Virus record (IMG/VR): IMGVR_UViG_3300020183_000046
Location: 1 to 64,000 of that record
Reading direction: 5' to 3' (one strand)
Length of the DNA: 64,000 bases
Source of the DNA: a virus
In this document: in pieces, positions 1 to 7,996 of the stretch
How positions within the stretch are numbered: position 1 is the stretch's first letter
How the letters are laid out: each line of letters starts with the position of its first letter
Notes under the pieces: generated by a model
What the model was told of the DNA's origin: nothing
Seen by the model: the letters and a program-made list of their open reading frames with translations, nothing else
The model's database searches: none
Translations under genes and position numbers: made by a program

Positions 1-961
1 TGAGTACAATAATATCTTCTATTTCTTTGTGCCAGATTGGGAAGTGGACTGTCGCTGATCCACCTCTGATGCCATTTTGAGTGCAGCATCGGACAGTTGC
101 CTCAAACTTTTTGAGAAATGGGACAACACCTGTGTGTTGCACTTCTCCACCTCTGATTTTAGAGTTGATGCCCCTGATGCGACCTGCGTTGATACCGATG
201 CCCGCCCTTTGTGCAACATATCTGCCAATAGCCATATCGCTACTAAAGATACTATCGAGGGTGTCATCAACATCAACAAGAACACAGCTAGCGAATTGTC
301 TAAGTGGCGTTCGCACTCCTGCCATGATGGGGGTTGGAATGTTGATTTTGTGCTTGCTGATTGCGCTGTAGTATCGACGGACATAATCGATCCTGGTTTC
401 CTTAGGATAATTTTGGAACAGGGTAAGAGCGATCATCATGTACATAAACTGAGGAGTTTCGTAGTGGACTCCCGAGCTTCTATCCTGGACAAGATATTTA
501 TCCACTACTTGTCGCAATCCAGCATATGTAAACAGAAAGTCACGATCGTGATCGATGAATCTATTCAGAACATCCCATTCTTCAGCAGAATATTTTGCAA
601 GAATAGTCTTGTCATATACTCCTCTTTCAACACAAAGTTGTACCTGATCTACAAGACCAGGAAATTCTTCAGGGTGTCCAAAGACAGACTTCCTCAAACC
701 AAAAAGAAGTAGCCTTGAAGCTACGTATTGGTAGTTTGGGTTGTCTAGAGTAATCAAATCCGAAGCAGATCGAATCAAGATCTCTTGGATTTGACTTGTC
801 TTGATGCCATCAAAAAATTGCAGACCGCTATTGATTTCTACTTGAGATGGGGAGACTCCTGCAAGACCTTCACATGCCAGGTCCACCATCTTATGAACCT
901 TGTCAAGATTAATGGGCTCAGTTCTACCATCTCTCTTAACAACTTTGATTCCGTTACTCAT
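1..961 (-). CDS. nrdA: Ribonucleotide reductase class Ia alpha subunit (5' part; runs off window)
   Basis: Not in ORF track. Manual translation from ATG 961 gives MSNGIKVVKRDGRTEPINLDKVHKMVDLACEGLAGVSPSQVE, an ATP-cone N-terminus; ATGA overlap with primase stop. Confidence 0.93.
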   Translation of the reverse strand, partial: MSNGIKVVKRDGRTEPINLDKVHKMVDLACEGLAGVSPSQVEINSGLQFFDGIKTSQIQEILIRSASDLITLDNPNYQYVASRLLLFGLRKSVFGHPEEFPGLVDQVQLCVERGVYDKTILAKYSAEEWDVLNRFIDHDRDFLFTYAGLRQVVDKYLVQDRSSGVHYETPQFMYMMIALTLFQNYPKETRIDYVRRYYSAISKHKINIPTPIMAGVRTPLRQFASCVLVDVDDTLDSIFSSDMAIGRYVAQRAGIGINAGRIRGINSKIRGGEVQHTGVVPFLKKFEATVRCCTQNGIRGGSATVHFPIWHKEIEDIIVL

Positions 962-1953
962 ACTTTCCAATCTGTAAGTTTTAACTTTGCTTCTAGCCCT
1001 TGATAGATGTTAGATTCTATCACATCTTTGGCATTAATGCCAGCTTTAACCATGTCATTAATATCCTTTTCGTGAATACCCTTTGGCCAAATAACCACTG
1101 GATATCCAGAATCTATTGCTTTCTCAATTCGATCTGTAATTTGTTTGTTTCTCGGTTCATTATCAAAGATGTATACAAGATTATAGTTGAATCCACTGAG
1201 ATCTACATCAGCACCACACATGGCGATGCTGTTTTCTAAGAATAGAGAATCGAATGGTCCTTCAACAACGTATACGGTTTCATCATTCTTTACTCGATCA
1301 AGACCAAAAACCTTTGGGGCATCTTCATCTAGCATGATGGTGATATAACGCATTCTTGCGTCTGGTTCTAGAGATCTTCCCTGGTATCCGAATAGATTTC
1401 CTTCCTTGTCTTTGAGTGGAATGATGATGCGTTCATCGTCTTTGTTGGTATCCGAGAATGTTTCCTTTTGTTTATTCGTCCACTCTTTGAATTTTGGACA
1501 GAAATAAAACTCCTTTAATTTTTCTTCTGGAATACCTCTACCAAGCAAATATGCCCGAGCTGGGTGAAAGTTATTTAGCTCAGATATTGGTGTAAGGTCT
1601 ATTACTTTTTTTGATTTGAAGACAGGCGTATCAAAGGTCGGAAGGGTTGGTTTGGGAATAGGAGTTCCCTTACCAGTATGACCTTCACTATAGTGTTCCA
1701 TCAGATACTCATCATAAAGATGAGGCACCTGCTCCTTTATGAAGTTAGAAAAGGATCTACCTACGCCACAGTTATGGCACTTGTAAAAATAATCAGCCCT
1801 CTTCTTAACAAGATAACCCCTAGCTTTGTTTCGGTGCTTTTGAGAGTCACCGCAGTAGGGGCATCGGAAGTTATATACTCCAGGTTTTTTCTTGGAGAAC
1901 TTATCTAAAAAGGAGGACGAAAGACTTATGTACTTTTCGTCAATAAAACTCAT
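958..1953 (-). CDS. g61: DNA primase (T4 gp61-like)
   Basis: Zn finger NFRCPYCGDS..CHNCG; TOPRIM VVEGPFDS and DNEPRN. Confidence 0.96.
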   Translation of the reverse strand: MSFIDEKYISLSSSFLDKFSKKKPGVYNFRCPYCGDSQKHRNKARGYLVKKRADYFYKCHNCGVGRSFSNFIKEQVPHLYDEYLMEHYSEGHTGKGTPIPKPTLPTFDTPVFKSKKVIDLTPISELNNFHPARAYLLGRGIPEEKLKEFYFCPKFKEWTNKQKETFSDTNKDDERIIIPLKDKEGNLFGYQGRSLEPDARMRYITIMLDEDAPKVFGLDRVKNDETVYVVEGPFDSLFLENSIAMCGADVDLSGFNYNLVYIFDNEPRNKQITDRIEKAIDSGYPVVIWPKGIHEKDINDMVKAGINAKDVIESNIYQGLEAKLKLTDWKV

Positions 1954-2339
1954 CTAGGCAACTTTGTCTCTGCCTGAATATTAGCACTGTCTGGGGAAGG
2001 AGTCAAGATGGGTTTAAGAATTCTAATACCAGCGTCGGAAACCATAAACGTGAGAACAGCGAAAGCTCCAGCGATGCTCCACAGTTTCTTTTCCAATTCT
2101 CTGATACGTCCATCAACAAGTTTGATGTCACGCTCACATCCTTTTTTGATTTCGTCAGTCTTTTCGTGAAGATCTTTATGTATATGTTCTATCTTCTCAA
2201 ATAAGATGTCATCTGCCTTTTCTTGCTTATCAAGTTTCTCTTGATGAACAGCGAGAAGCTGCCCCATCTTAATAGAGTTATCTTGAAGTGAAGCTACTAT
2301 TCTTTCTAGTCTGTCAATAATGGCAGAGTTAGCATCCAT
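1950..2339 (-). CDS. Coiled-coil protein with C-terminal hydrophobic helix (XhlA/holin-like?)
   Basis: Heptad-rich body, then LWSIAGAFAVLTFMV; late-promoter-like TAAATA near 2370. Confidence 0.6.
   Translation of the reverse strand: MDANSAIIDRLERIVASLQDNSIKMGQLLAVHQEKLDKQEKADDILFEKIEHIHKDLHEKTDEIKKGCERDIKLVDGRIRELEKKLWSIAGAFAVLTFMVSDAGIRILKPILTPSPDSANIQAETKLPR
1978..2006 (-). promoter_or_regulatory. Sigma70-type promoter for primase/nrdA
   Basis: TTGACT-17 nt-TAATAT with extended -10 TG, 25 nt upstream of primase ATG. Confidence 0.65.
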
Positions 2340-2377
2340 CGTACAAAAAAGCTGATTGGAATCAAAATATATTTATT

Positions 2378-3127
2378 TCAAAAGTATATTCTATAAATCC
2401 CATTACAATTTACACCATGTCCTTGTAGGGTAATTCTTTTATCATTTGCTGACAAATTTTTACCAGGAGCAATTTGATGTAGTACATGCCCAGTATGATA
2501 AAAAAGTTTTCCAACTTCATACTCTATGATTTTTGGGGTTGGAACTTGATTTTCTTTATCTCTAGGATCTTGAAAATTGAAAGTAGATATTTGATCAGCA
2601 GTAAGATCTATACTATCCCATAGATATAAAGATCCTCCTGTTTTTGGCAACTCCAAAGAAAGCGTAAAAGAAAATAAATCATTATAATCAATTGGACCAA
2701 ATTTATTCCAAACATTATAATGCTCCTGATATTGGATATCAACATGCAAAGAAGCTAATGGTTTTTGCATCGCTTTCAGTGCAGAAGGAAGCATCATTTC
2801 TCCTAACTTTGAACCAAAAATATGAAACCCAGGATATGCAACTTCCGAAAGTAACTCACAAGGTCCAAAGTGATCGGATAATTTTTTCAAGACAATATCA
2901 TACAACCAAGAAAAATTCTTGAGTAGTATTGGATTTAAAAGTTTCCTATGCTTGTGGTACTGCTCTTGACTTCTACACGCATCAATATAAGTTACAGCAC
3001 CTAACGTATAAAAAGGAACAGGATCAGGAGATCTCCTGATCCAAACCTTGTTTAATTTGTGAACTACCTCGACAGATTGCTTAGCTTCAGATTCACTCAA
3101 TACATCAATATATCCAAAGGGCATCAC
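2378..3127 (-). CDS. 2OG-Fe(II) oxygenase-like protein
   Basis: HVD...FTLSLELP..GG.L..W...LHQI...RITLQ (HxD..H..R); AT-rich. Confidence 0.7.
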   Translation of the reverse strand: MMPFGYIDVLSESEAKQSVEVVHKLNKVWIRRSPDPVPFYTLGAVTYIDACRSQEQYHKHRKLLNPILLKNFSWLYDIVLKKLSDHFGPCELLSEVAYPGFHIFGSKLGEMMLPSALKAMQKPLASLHVDIQYQEHYNVWNKFGPIDYNDLFSFTLSLELPKTGGSLYLWDSIDLTADQISTFNFQDPRDKENQVPTPKIIEYEVGKLFYHTGHVLHQIAPGKNLSANDKRITLQGHGVNCNGIYRIYF

Positions 3128-3852
3128 ATTTGCATGAAGTTGATAACAAAGTCTGCGCTTGATGGAAGAAGATTAATAAACTTTTCCATATTTTCTTCGC
3201 TGAGTTCTTCAAATCTAGCGATGAATTGTCCTGCCATCTCAGCAGTAACTTCCAGTTCGCTCTCGTCGTTAAAGAAATAGTATACTGGATTTTGATTCTC
3301 TTCTTTGAGTTGACTTAAAAACGATTCAAGATAAGTCAAACCATCAAAGTCATATGAATTATTTTGTGCTTGCCTCTGCAGTTGCTGTGCGAGACTTTGC
3401 TGACGTGCTTTTGCTTTCTTCTGATAGTCAGTAGACTTAGCACGAGAAATTAATTGAATCTCTTGCTTACGATTTGCTGCACGCTTTTCACGCTCTTGCT
3501 TCTTCAGAACCTTACGTTTCTGAGCGATGAATTTATAAGCTTGTTTGGTTGTTTCTCCACCACTCGATGAAGAACTAGATCCTTCAGCTTCAAGAATTGT
3601 TTCTTCTGACATTTTTCTTTTGCGTTTAGCGAGACGTTTAATAAGTTTGCGAGCAGCTTGACTCCTACCATCTATATAGGTAGGATCATTTCTACGACGT
3701 TCCCACTGTTTACCAGCGGCTTCCATTTTCTTACGTTTTTTAGTTGCCCTTTTGGAAAATTTCATGATTGGATCGACGCCAGCGATGGCACCTTGCCCAG
3801 TCGTAGGTGTATTAATAGGACCAACGTTTGTAATTCCTGCAGATCCCATCAT
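3124..3852 (-). CDS. Basic putative internal head protein with gp23-like N-terminal peptide
   Basis: N-terminus TNVGPINTPTT..G...G.DPI matches gp23 residues 55-76; K/R-rich segments; ILE-A putative gp21 site. Confidence 0.65.
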   Translation of the reverse strand: MMGSAGITNVGPINTPTTGQGAIAGVDPIMKFSKRATKKRKKMEAAGKQWERRRNDPTYIDGRSQAARKLIKRLAKRKRKMSEETILEAEGSSSSSSGGETTKQAYKFIAQKRKVLKKQEREKRAANRKQEIQLISRAKSTDYQKKAKARQQSLAQQLQRQAQNNSYDFDGLTYLESFLSQLKEENQNPVYYFFNDESELEVTAEMAGQFIARFEELSEENMEKFINLLPSSADFVINFMQM

Positions 3853-4220
3853 AACTTTTTCAACTCCTCTATTATTTCATCGTTGATTTTGATTTCCCTT
3901 AGGCTTGTAGTATCTGGTTCTGGATATCTACTCAGGAAAATCATGAGCGATTTCAAAATTGACCAGAACTCCTTTTCCATTTTGAAAAATAGGAGAGGAG
4001 TTGCAGCTTCACCAAAAACATTATACAGTATGATGATATGATTTAAAAGAAGATTTAACTTAATCTCCTCACCCTTTGAATACTTTTTTAAGAGGCGCTT
4101 TATGTATTTAAAGCGCCTCAAGTCTTCAAAGAAATCCTCTTTGGTTGCTGCCTGAGGATTGTCATAATTTCTAATGGCGAAGAGAAGATAATTATCTTCA
4201 TTCAATTCATCAAATCTCAT
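3849..4220 (-). CDS. Conserved T4-like cyanophage hypothetical protein
   Basis: MRFDELNEDNYLLFAI..YDNP..F.EDL.RFKYIKRLL motif; coupled to neighbours. Confidence 0.75.
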   Translation of the reverse strand: MRFDELNEDNYLLFAIRNYDNPQAATKEDFFEDLRRFKYIKRLLKKYSKGEEIKLNLLLNHIIILYNVFGEAATPLLFFKMEKEFWSILKSLMIFLSRYPEPDTTSLREIKINDEIIEELKKL

Positions 4221-4229
4221 TACAAGTTA

Positions 4230-4847
4230 TCAGGTTCCAAAGGTCAGAGTTGCAGCGCCATTAGAAATCACTTCTTCTGTACCGCCAGTAGAAGTGACTT
4301 TAACGCGATACTTGTAACCATTAAGGGTAGCACCTGCAAGACCGCTATATGCGAGAGTTGCTGTTGTGAAACCAGCATAGGTGATACCGCTATCAAGAGA
4401 GGCAGTGATATCGGTCCAACGACTGCCAGTTGCGGTTTGACGCTGCCACTGATAAACAAGAGTTCCAGGAGTTCCAGTTGTCGTTGTAGTAAGGGTGAAT
4501 GAACCAGCACCAGAGGAAGAAGTGGAACTTGCAGGTTGAACAGTAATAGTTACTGACGATGCTACGTCTGCTGCGTATGCGTCATCAGCGAGAGTCTCAT
4601 CAGCGTTAGCTTCAGGACCAGCAACTACAACCATCAGTTCTGCTTTGTGACGGGTGTTACCGTGCATGTCGGTATAGGTATCATACGCCCACCAACCTGG
4701 AGAAGTCAAACCGCGAGACTTGTTCTCCTCAAGCTGAGCTTCAGTGTCATCGATGAAAACAATTATTTTTGTGTTTGAGTCTGAAACAACACCACGACCA
4801 GCCTTAGTCTGGTTCTCGGTGCTGTCCGTTCTTCCGTATAAGGACAT
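4230..4847 (-). CDS. Virion structural protein with C-terminal Ig-like domain
   Basis: ITVQP...YQWQR...YKYRV...ATLT Ig motif; late promoter upstream. Confidence 0.7.
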   Translation of the reverse strand: MSLYGRTDSTENQTKAGRGVVSDSNTKIIVFIDDTEAQLEENKSRGLTSPGWWAYDTYTDMHGNTRHKAELMVVVAGPEANADETLADDAYAADVASSVTITVQPASSTSSSGAGSFTLTTTTTGTPGTLVYQWQRQTATGSRWTDITASLDSGITYAGFTTATLAYSGLAGATLNGYKYRVKVTSTGGTEEVISNGAATLTFGT

Positions 4848-4879
4848 GGTTTCTCCAGGTTTAACGAATATCTATATTT

Positions 4880-4912
4880 TATTTATAAAAAGGGAGACCT
4901 TATTTGTCTCTC
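4880..4912 (-). promoter_or_regulatory. Intrinsic terminator immediately followed by T4 late promoter TATAAATA
   Basis: GAGAGAC-AAATAAG-GTCTCCC-TTTTT, then TATAAATA at 4880-4887. Confidence 0.7.
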
Positions 4913-4917
4913 AAATA

Positions 4918-5097
4918 TCATGCTTCGGCTTGTGGTTTAAACAGAAGTTGCTTAACAGTAACAAGAACCATGTCGTCAATACTATTGTCAGTTGTCTTTA
5001 CATACTTAGTTAAAAGATCAATCACAAGATTCTTAACAGCTGGGTGTGTCGCAAGTTGCATAATAATTGGTTTTACGACCGATACTACTGCGCCCAT
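4918..5097 (-). CDS. Small amphipathic protein (59 aa)
   Basis: Manual translation MGAVVSVVKPIIMQLATHPAVKNLVIDLLTKYVKTTDNSIDDMVL...; fills the intergenic gap. Confidence 0.7.
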   Translation of the reverse strand: MGAVVSVVKPIIMQLATHPAVKNLVIDLLTKYVKTTDNSIDDMVLVTVKQLLFKPQAEA

Positions 5098-5119
5098 GTT
5101 TTAATCCAAACTCTACAGT

Positions 5120-5818
5120 TTATATAGCATCTGGATCCTCTTCTAGAAGAGCTATGCCATGTTTTGTTAACTGTTCAATACTATAATCGAGAATGACAAT
5201 AATCCTGTCATGACTTCCCTCATGCTTAACCCAGTGCTTGTCATGATCTTTGAATGCAAAAACCTCACCGACATTCCATACTCTTCTTCTTCCTCTGACT
5301 TTAATCCATGCGCCAGGATCTGTAACGACAGGAAAGTGAATACGGAGTGAATCGATGTCTCCACAGTGAGGATTAATAATTGTTCCTGGAGAAAGACGAG
5401 AAATAGTTGCAGACTTTAAAAGTTTATTATCAATATCTTCCTGTAAGTATTTAAAGGTAAGAGGACAAGTTTTAATAAAACTTTGTCTTATTAAAGGAAG
5501 AATCTCTTGACATCTTTCTGTTGTGGTATTGAATAGCTTTGTGAAAGTAACCATCTCACTGAGCTCAAAGTCCTCATCAGTTGCAGTGGTTCCCACACAG
5601 TTAATTGGGAATGGAATAACTCTCCAGTCACCATCCCACAACTTAACTCTACCAAGGTTACGATCATCAACCCATTTATCCAAGCGCCATTCATCAAGTA
5701 TTCGTTGATTGTCTTCAACGAAACTTAAAACTTCTGGGATAATGTCTTGATAATATGTTTGAAGATTACGAAAAGAGGATAGCGTTTGAATGCTATCCTC
5801 ATGCCAAATTTTTCTCAT
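5120..5818 (-). CDS. Aspartyl/asparaginyl beta-hydroxylase-family 2OG-Fe(II) oxygenase
   Basis: SRLSPGT.I.PHCGD..LRIHFP...F.D...HWVKH....RI..ILD. Confidence 0.85.
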   Translation of the reverse strand: MRKIWHEDSIQTLSSFRNLQTYYQDIIPEVLSFVEDNQRILDEWRLDKWVDDRNLGRVKLWDGDWRVIPFPINCVGTTATDEDFELSEMVTFTKLFNTTTERCQEILPLIRQSFIKTCPLTFKYLQEDIDNKLLKSATISRLSPGTIINPHCGDIDSLRIHFPVVTDPGAWIKVRGRRRVWNVGEVFAFKDHDKHWVKHEGSHDRIIVILDYSIEQLTKHGIALLEEDPDAI

Positions 5819-5821
5819 ATA

Positions 5822-5995
5822 TTATCTTTGCTCTGGGCAACCCTTAGTTCCATGTACGGGACATTCTACACCTTCTTTGGTGTGATTGCAAGCCGCTTCT
5901 ACTTTTTGTTTAGGTGCCTTTGGCATCTTTTTGTCGCCTTGCTTCTGTCCCTCTGGGTCTTCGATCTCAGGCATGATCTCAACGGGACCGACTAC
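5822..5995 (-). CDS. Cys/His-containing ORF; candidate -1 frameshift extension of 5992-7410 (or a separate 50-aa ORF from ATG 5974)
   Basis: -1 frame is open for 57 codons after A AAA AAG: VVGPVEIMPEIEDP...CNHTKEGVECPVHGTKGCPEQR. Confidence 0.6.
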   Translation of the reverse strand, partial: VVGPVEIMPEIEDPEGQKQGDKKMPKAPKQKVEAACNHTKEGVECPVHGTKGCPEQR

Positions 5996-7410
5996 TTTTT
6001 TTCAGCGATCTCCTTACGCCAGTCAGAGAAGGTATGCTCTTTCTTAACACAGTTAGGAACTTCCTTACCACCTTTTTTCTTGGTGCCTTTTGCTTCATAA
6101 CCATCCCAGCAGGTAGAAGCACCGACGTTAGCACGAGCAGCTTTCATGCCCTCTTCAACCTCTACCTCTTCCTTCTTGGTTTTGTTAGCGTGCTTCCAAG
6201 CAGTAGCGTAAGCGATGGACTTTTCCTTCTCAGTCAGGTTTCCATCTTTTGAATATGACTTTTTGATGTGCTTCACCGTGCGCTCTGCTTTATCACCAGG
6301 AGGAGCAACCTCATCAAGTTCTACTTCTTCTTTCTTAGCAGTCTTTGCTGCTTTCTTGAAGGCATCCTTTGCAGGATAATCCTCTTCACCTGGTCTAGCT
6401 GGACGCTCGCCACGCTCTCTCTTAGCGTGGATATTTGCATAGAGACCTTTCTTCTCTTCAATCTCTCCAACCTCTTCCTTCATCTTCTTACCCATCGCCT
6501 TGGAAACAGCGGCGCGACGGTTCTTCAAGTACGAATCAGATGAATCAGAATCTCCATCATTATCTACATCGTCATCTTCTTTACCAACTGGATCAAGCTT
6601 CTTTGCTTTCTTTGCTTCGAGGACTTCTTGATTCTTCTCATCGTTGATGACATGCTCATGCATTTCGCTAACGAGAATATTAAGTGAAGCAACAGAGACA
6701 TTATGCTCAAGACCATGCTCAAACATAACATCATAGTGAGTGATGTTACCTTGCTCATCGAGTGTATGCATCTCCTTGATGCAGTTACCCTCTCCCCACT
6801 CAGAGTGCTCAACTTTAGTAGCGCAAGAGTGCTTAGGTTTCTTAACCTTTGGCTTACCCTGTGTTCCAGCTGGTTCTGCCATCTTCATGCCAGGGGCATC
6901 ACCGCCTCCGACTCCAGATGCACCAAGACCTTTAACGTCTTTGTTTGCCATCTTGGCAGAGTTATCATAACGCCAGGTCTCATCCACACGATCCAGGGGA
7001 CCTTGATATTTTACTTTGCCAGAAAGTGCGGCGACTCCAGCTAATACGTACTCGTTGTTTTCCATCTTATCTTTTTTGGGGTCTGGGGGAATGACTTGTT
7101 TTACTTTAATTTTAGAGAAGGGTTGCTTCTTTTCTCCAGGAGTCAAAGACTGGAGATACTCTCGGTAAGCATCAGTGCCGATTTCAAATGCTTCTTTGAT
7201 ATCGGTAATCCATGTCCTAAAAGTTGTTTCCTCAGTAGTCAAACAGAGAACATAATTTGGTCCACGGCGGATGATCTTTCCAACCTTTCCACTTTCCGTA
7301 AGAATCCACTCACCTACTTTATAAATTTCATTACGATAAAACTTGTTACGGTTGATGTTTGTTTCCGCAACCTGTGCTTTCTTATGGAACTCGCTAAAAC
7401 TATTCATCAA
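5992..7410 (-). CDS. Modular, highly charged late protein (putative internal head polyprotein)
   Basis: N-terminal globular domain (GKIIRRGPNYV..FRTWITD), then short K/E-rich modules separated by [ILV]xE motifs; TATAAATA upstream. Confidence 0.7.
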   Translation of the reverse strand: MMNSFSEFHKKAQVAETNINRNKFYRNEIYKVGEWILTESGKVGKIIRRGPNYVLCLTTEETTFRTWITDIKEAFEIGTDAYREYLQSLTPGEKKQPFSKIKVKQVIPPDPKKDKMENNEYVLAGVAALSGKVKYQGPLDRVDETWRYDNSAKMANKDVKGLGASGVGGGDAPGMKMAEPAGTQGKPKVKKPKHSCATKVEHSEWGEGNCIKEMHTLDEQGNITHYDVMFEHGLEHNVSVASLNILVSEMHEHVINDEKNQEVLEAKKAKKLDPVGKEDDDVDNDGDSDSSDSYLKNRRAAVSKAMGKKMKEEVGEIEEKKGLYANIHAKRERGERPARPGEEDYPAKDAFKKAAKTAKKEEVELDEVAPPGDKAERTVKHIKKSYSKDGNLTEKEKSIAYATAWKHANKTKKEEVEVEEGMKAARANVGASTCWDGYEAKGTKKKGGKEVPNCVKKEHTFSDWRKEIAEKK

Positions 7411-7431
7411 TAATGTTTGAGGATCATACTT

Positions 7432-7439
7432 TATTTATA
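7432..7439 (-). promoter_or_regulatory. T4-type late promoter
   Basis: Exact TATAAATA. Confidence 0.75.
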
Positions 7440-7441
7440 AC

Positions 7442-7996
7442 TCATGACATATTAGACCTAATCTCTTCCATCAATTTCCGCGCATCTGAATCACTCAAAG
7501 CCTTTGGAATACCAGATCTAAACGTTGCCAGATCTCCAGCAAGAGCTGCTCTCCGCATCTTGGTTCCAGATATTGCAAATGTATCTCCATCAGCATCTCT
7601 TTCACCAGAAGAGATCACTTCAAGTTTCCTAAAAAAGAAGTCCTTACCATTATACTTTTTAATCCACTGCATAGCAGGAACTCGATCAGATCCAACTACC
7701 ATAACAGCATCATCATATCCTTGTGTCTGCAGCTCTTGCAAGATTGATACTGGATCTTTGGGTCCACTGCGAAGATTGTTTGTAGCCCAAGGAAACATCT
7801 TCTTAGCGTAAAATAATTTACGATCTGGAGGTAATGGATTTTGCCCCTTACTATCTACACTCTGAGACAAATAAATGTACCAGTCACATCCTCCAGCTTT
7901 TGATCTGACTGCTCTAAAGTTTTCTTCGTGTCCTATAGTTGGTGGTTGAAATCTACCAAAGGTAAAGTAGACGCATTTATAATCTACTATTTCCAT
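7442..7996 (-). CDS. Cytidylyltransferase-like (HxGH superfamily) nucleotidyltransferase
   Basis: FGRFQPPTIGHE, VVGSDR and ISGTKMR motifs. Confidence 0.85.
   Translation of the reverse strand: MEIVDYKCVYFTFGRFQPPTIGHEENFRAVRSKAGGCDWYIYLSQSVDSKGQNPLPPDRKLFYAKKMFPWATNNLRSGPKDPVSILQELQTQGYDDAVMVVGSDRVPAMQWIKKYNGKDFFFRKLEVISSGERDADGDTFAISGTKMRRAALAGDLATFRSGIPKALSDSDARKLMEEIRSNMS

Noticed and set aside
19-712. ORFs 19-384 (-), 77-712 (+) and 81-371 (+)
   Set aside because: Out-of-frame or antisense shadows of nrdA, which the ORF track missed because it runs off the window
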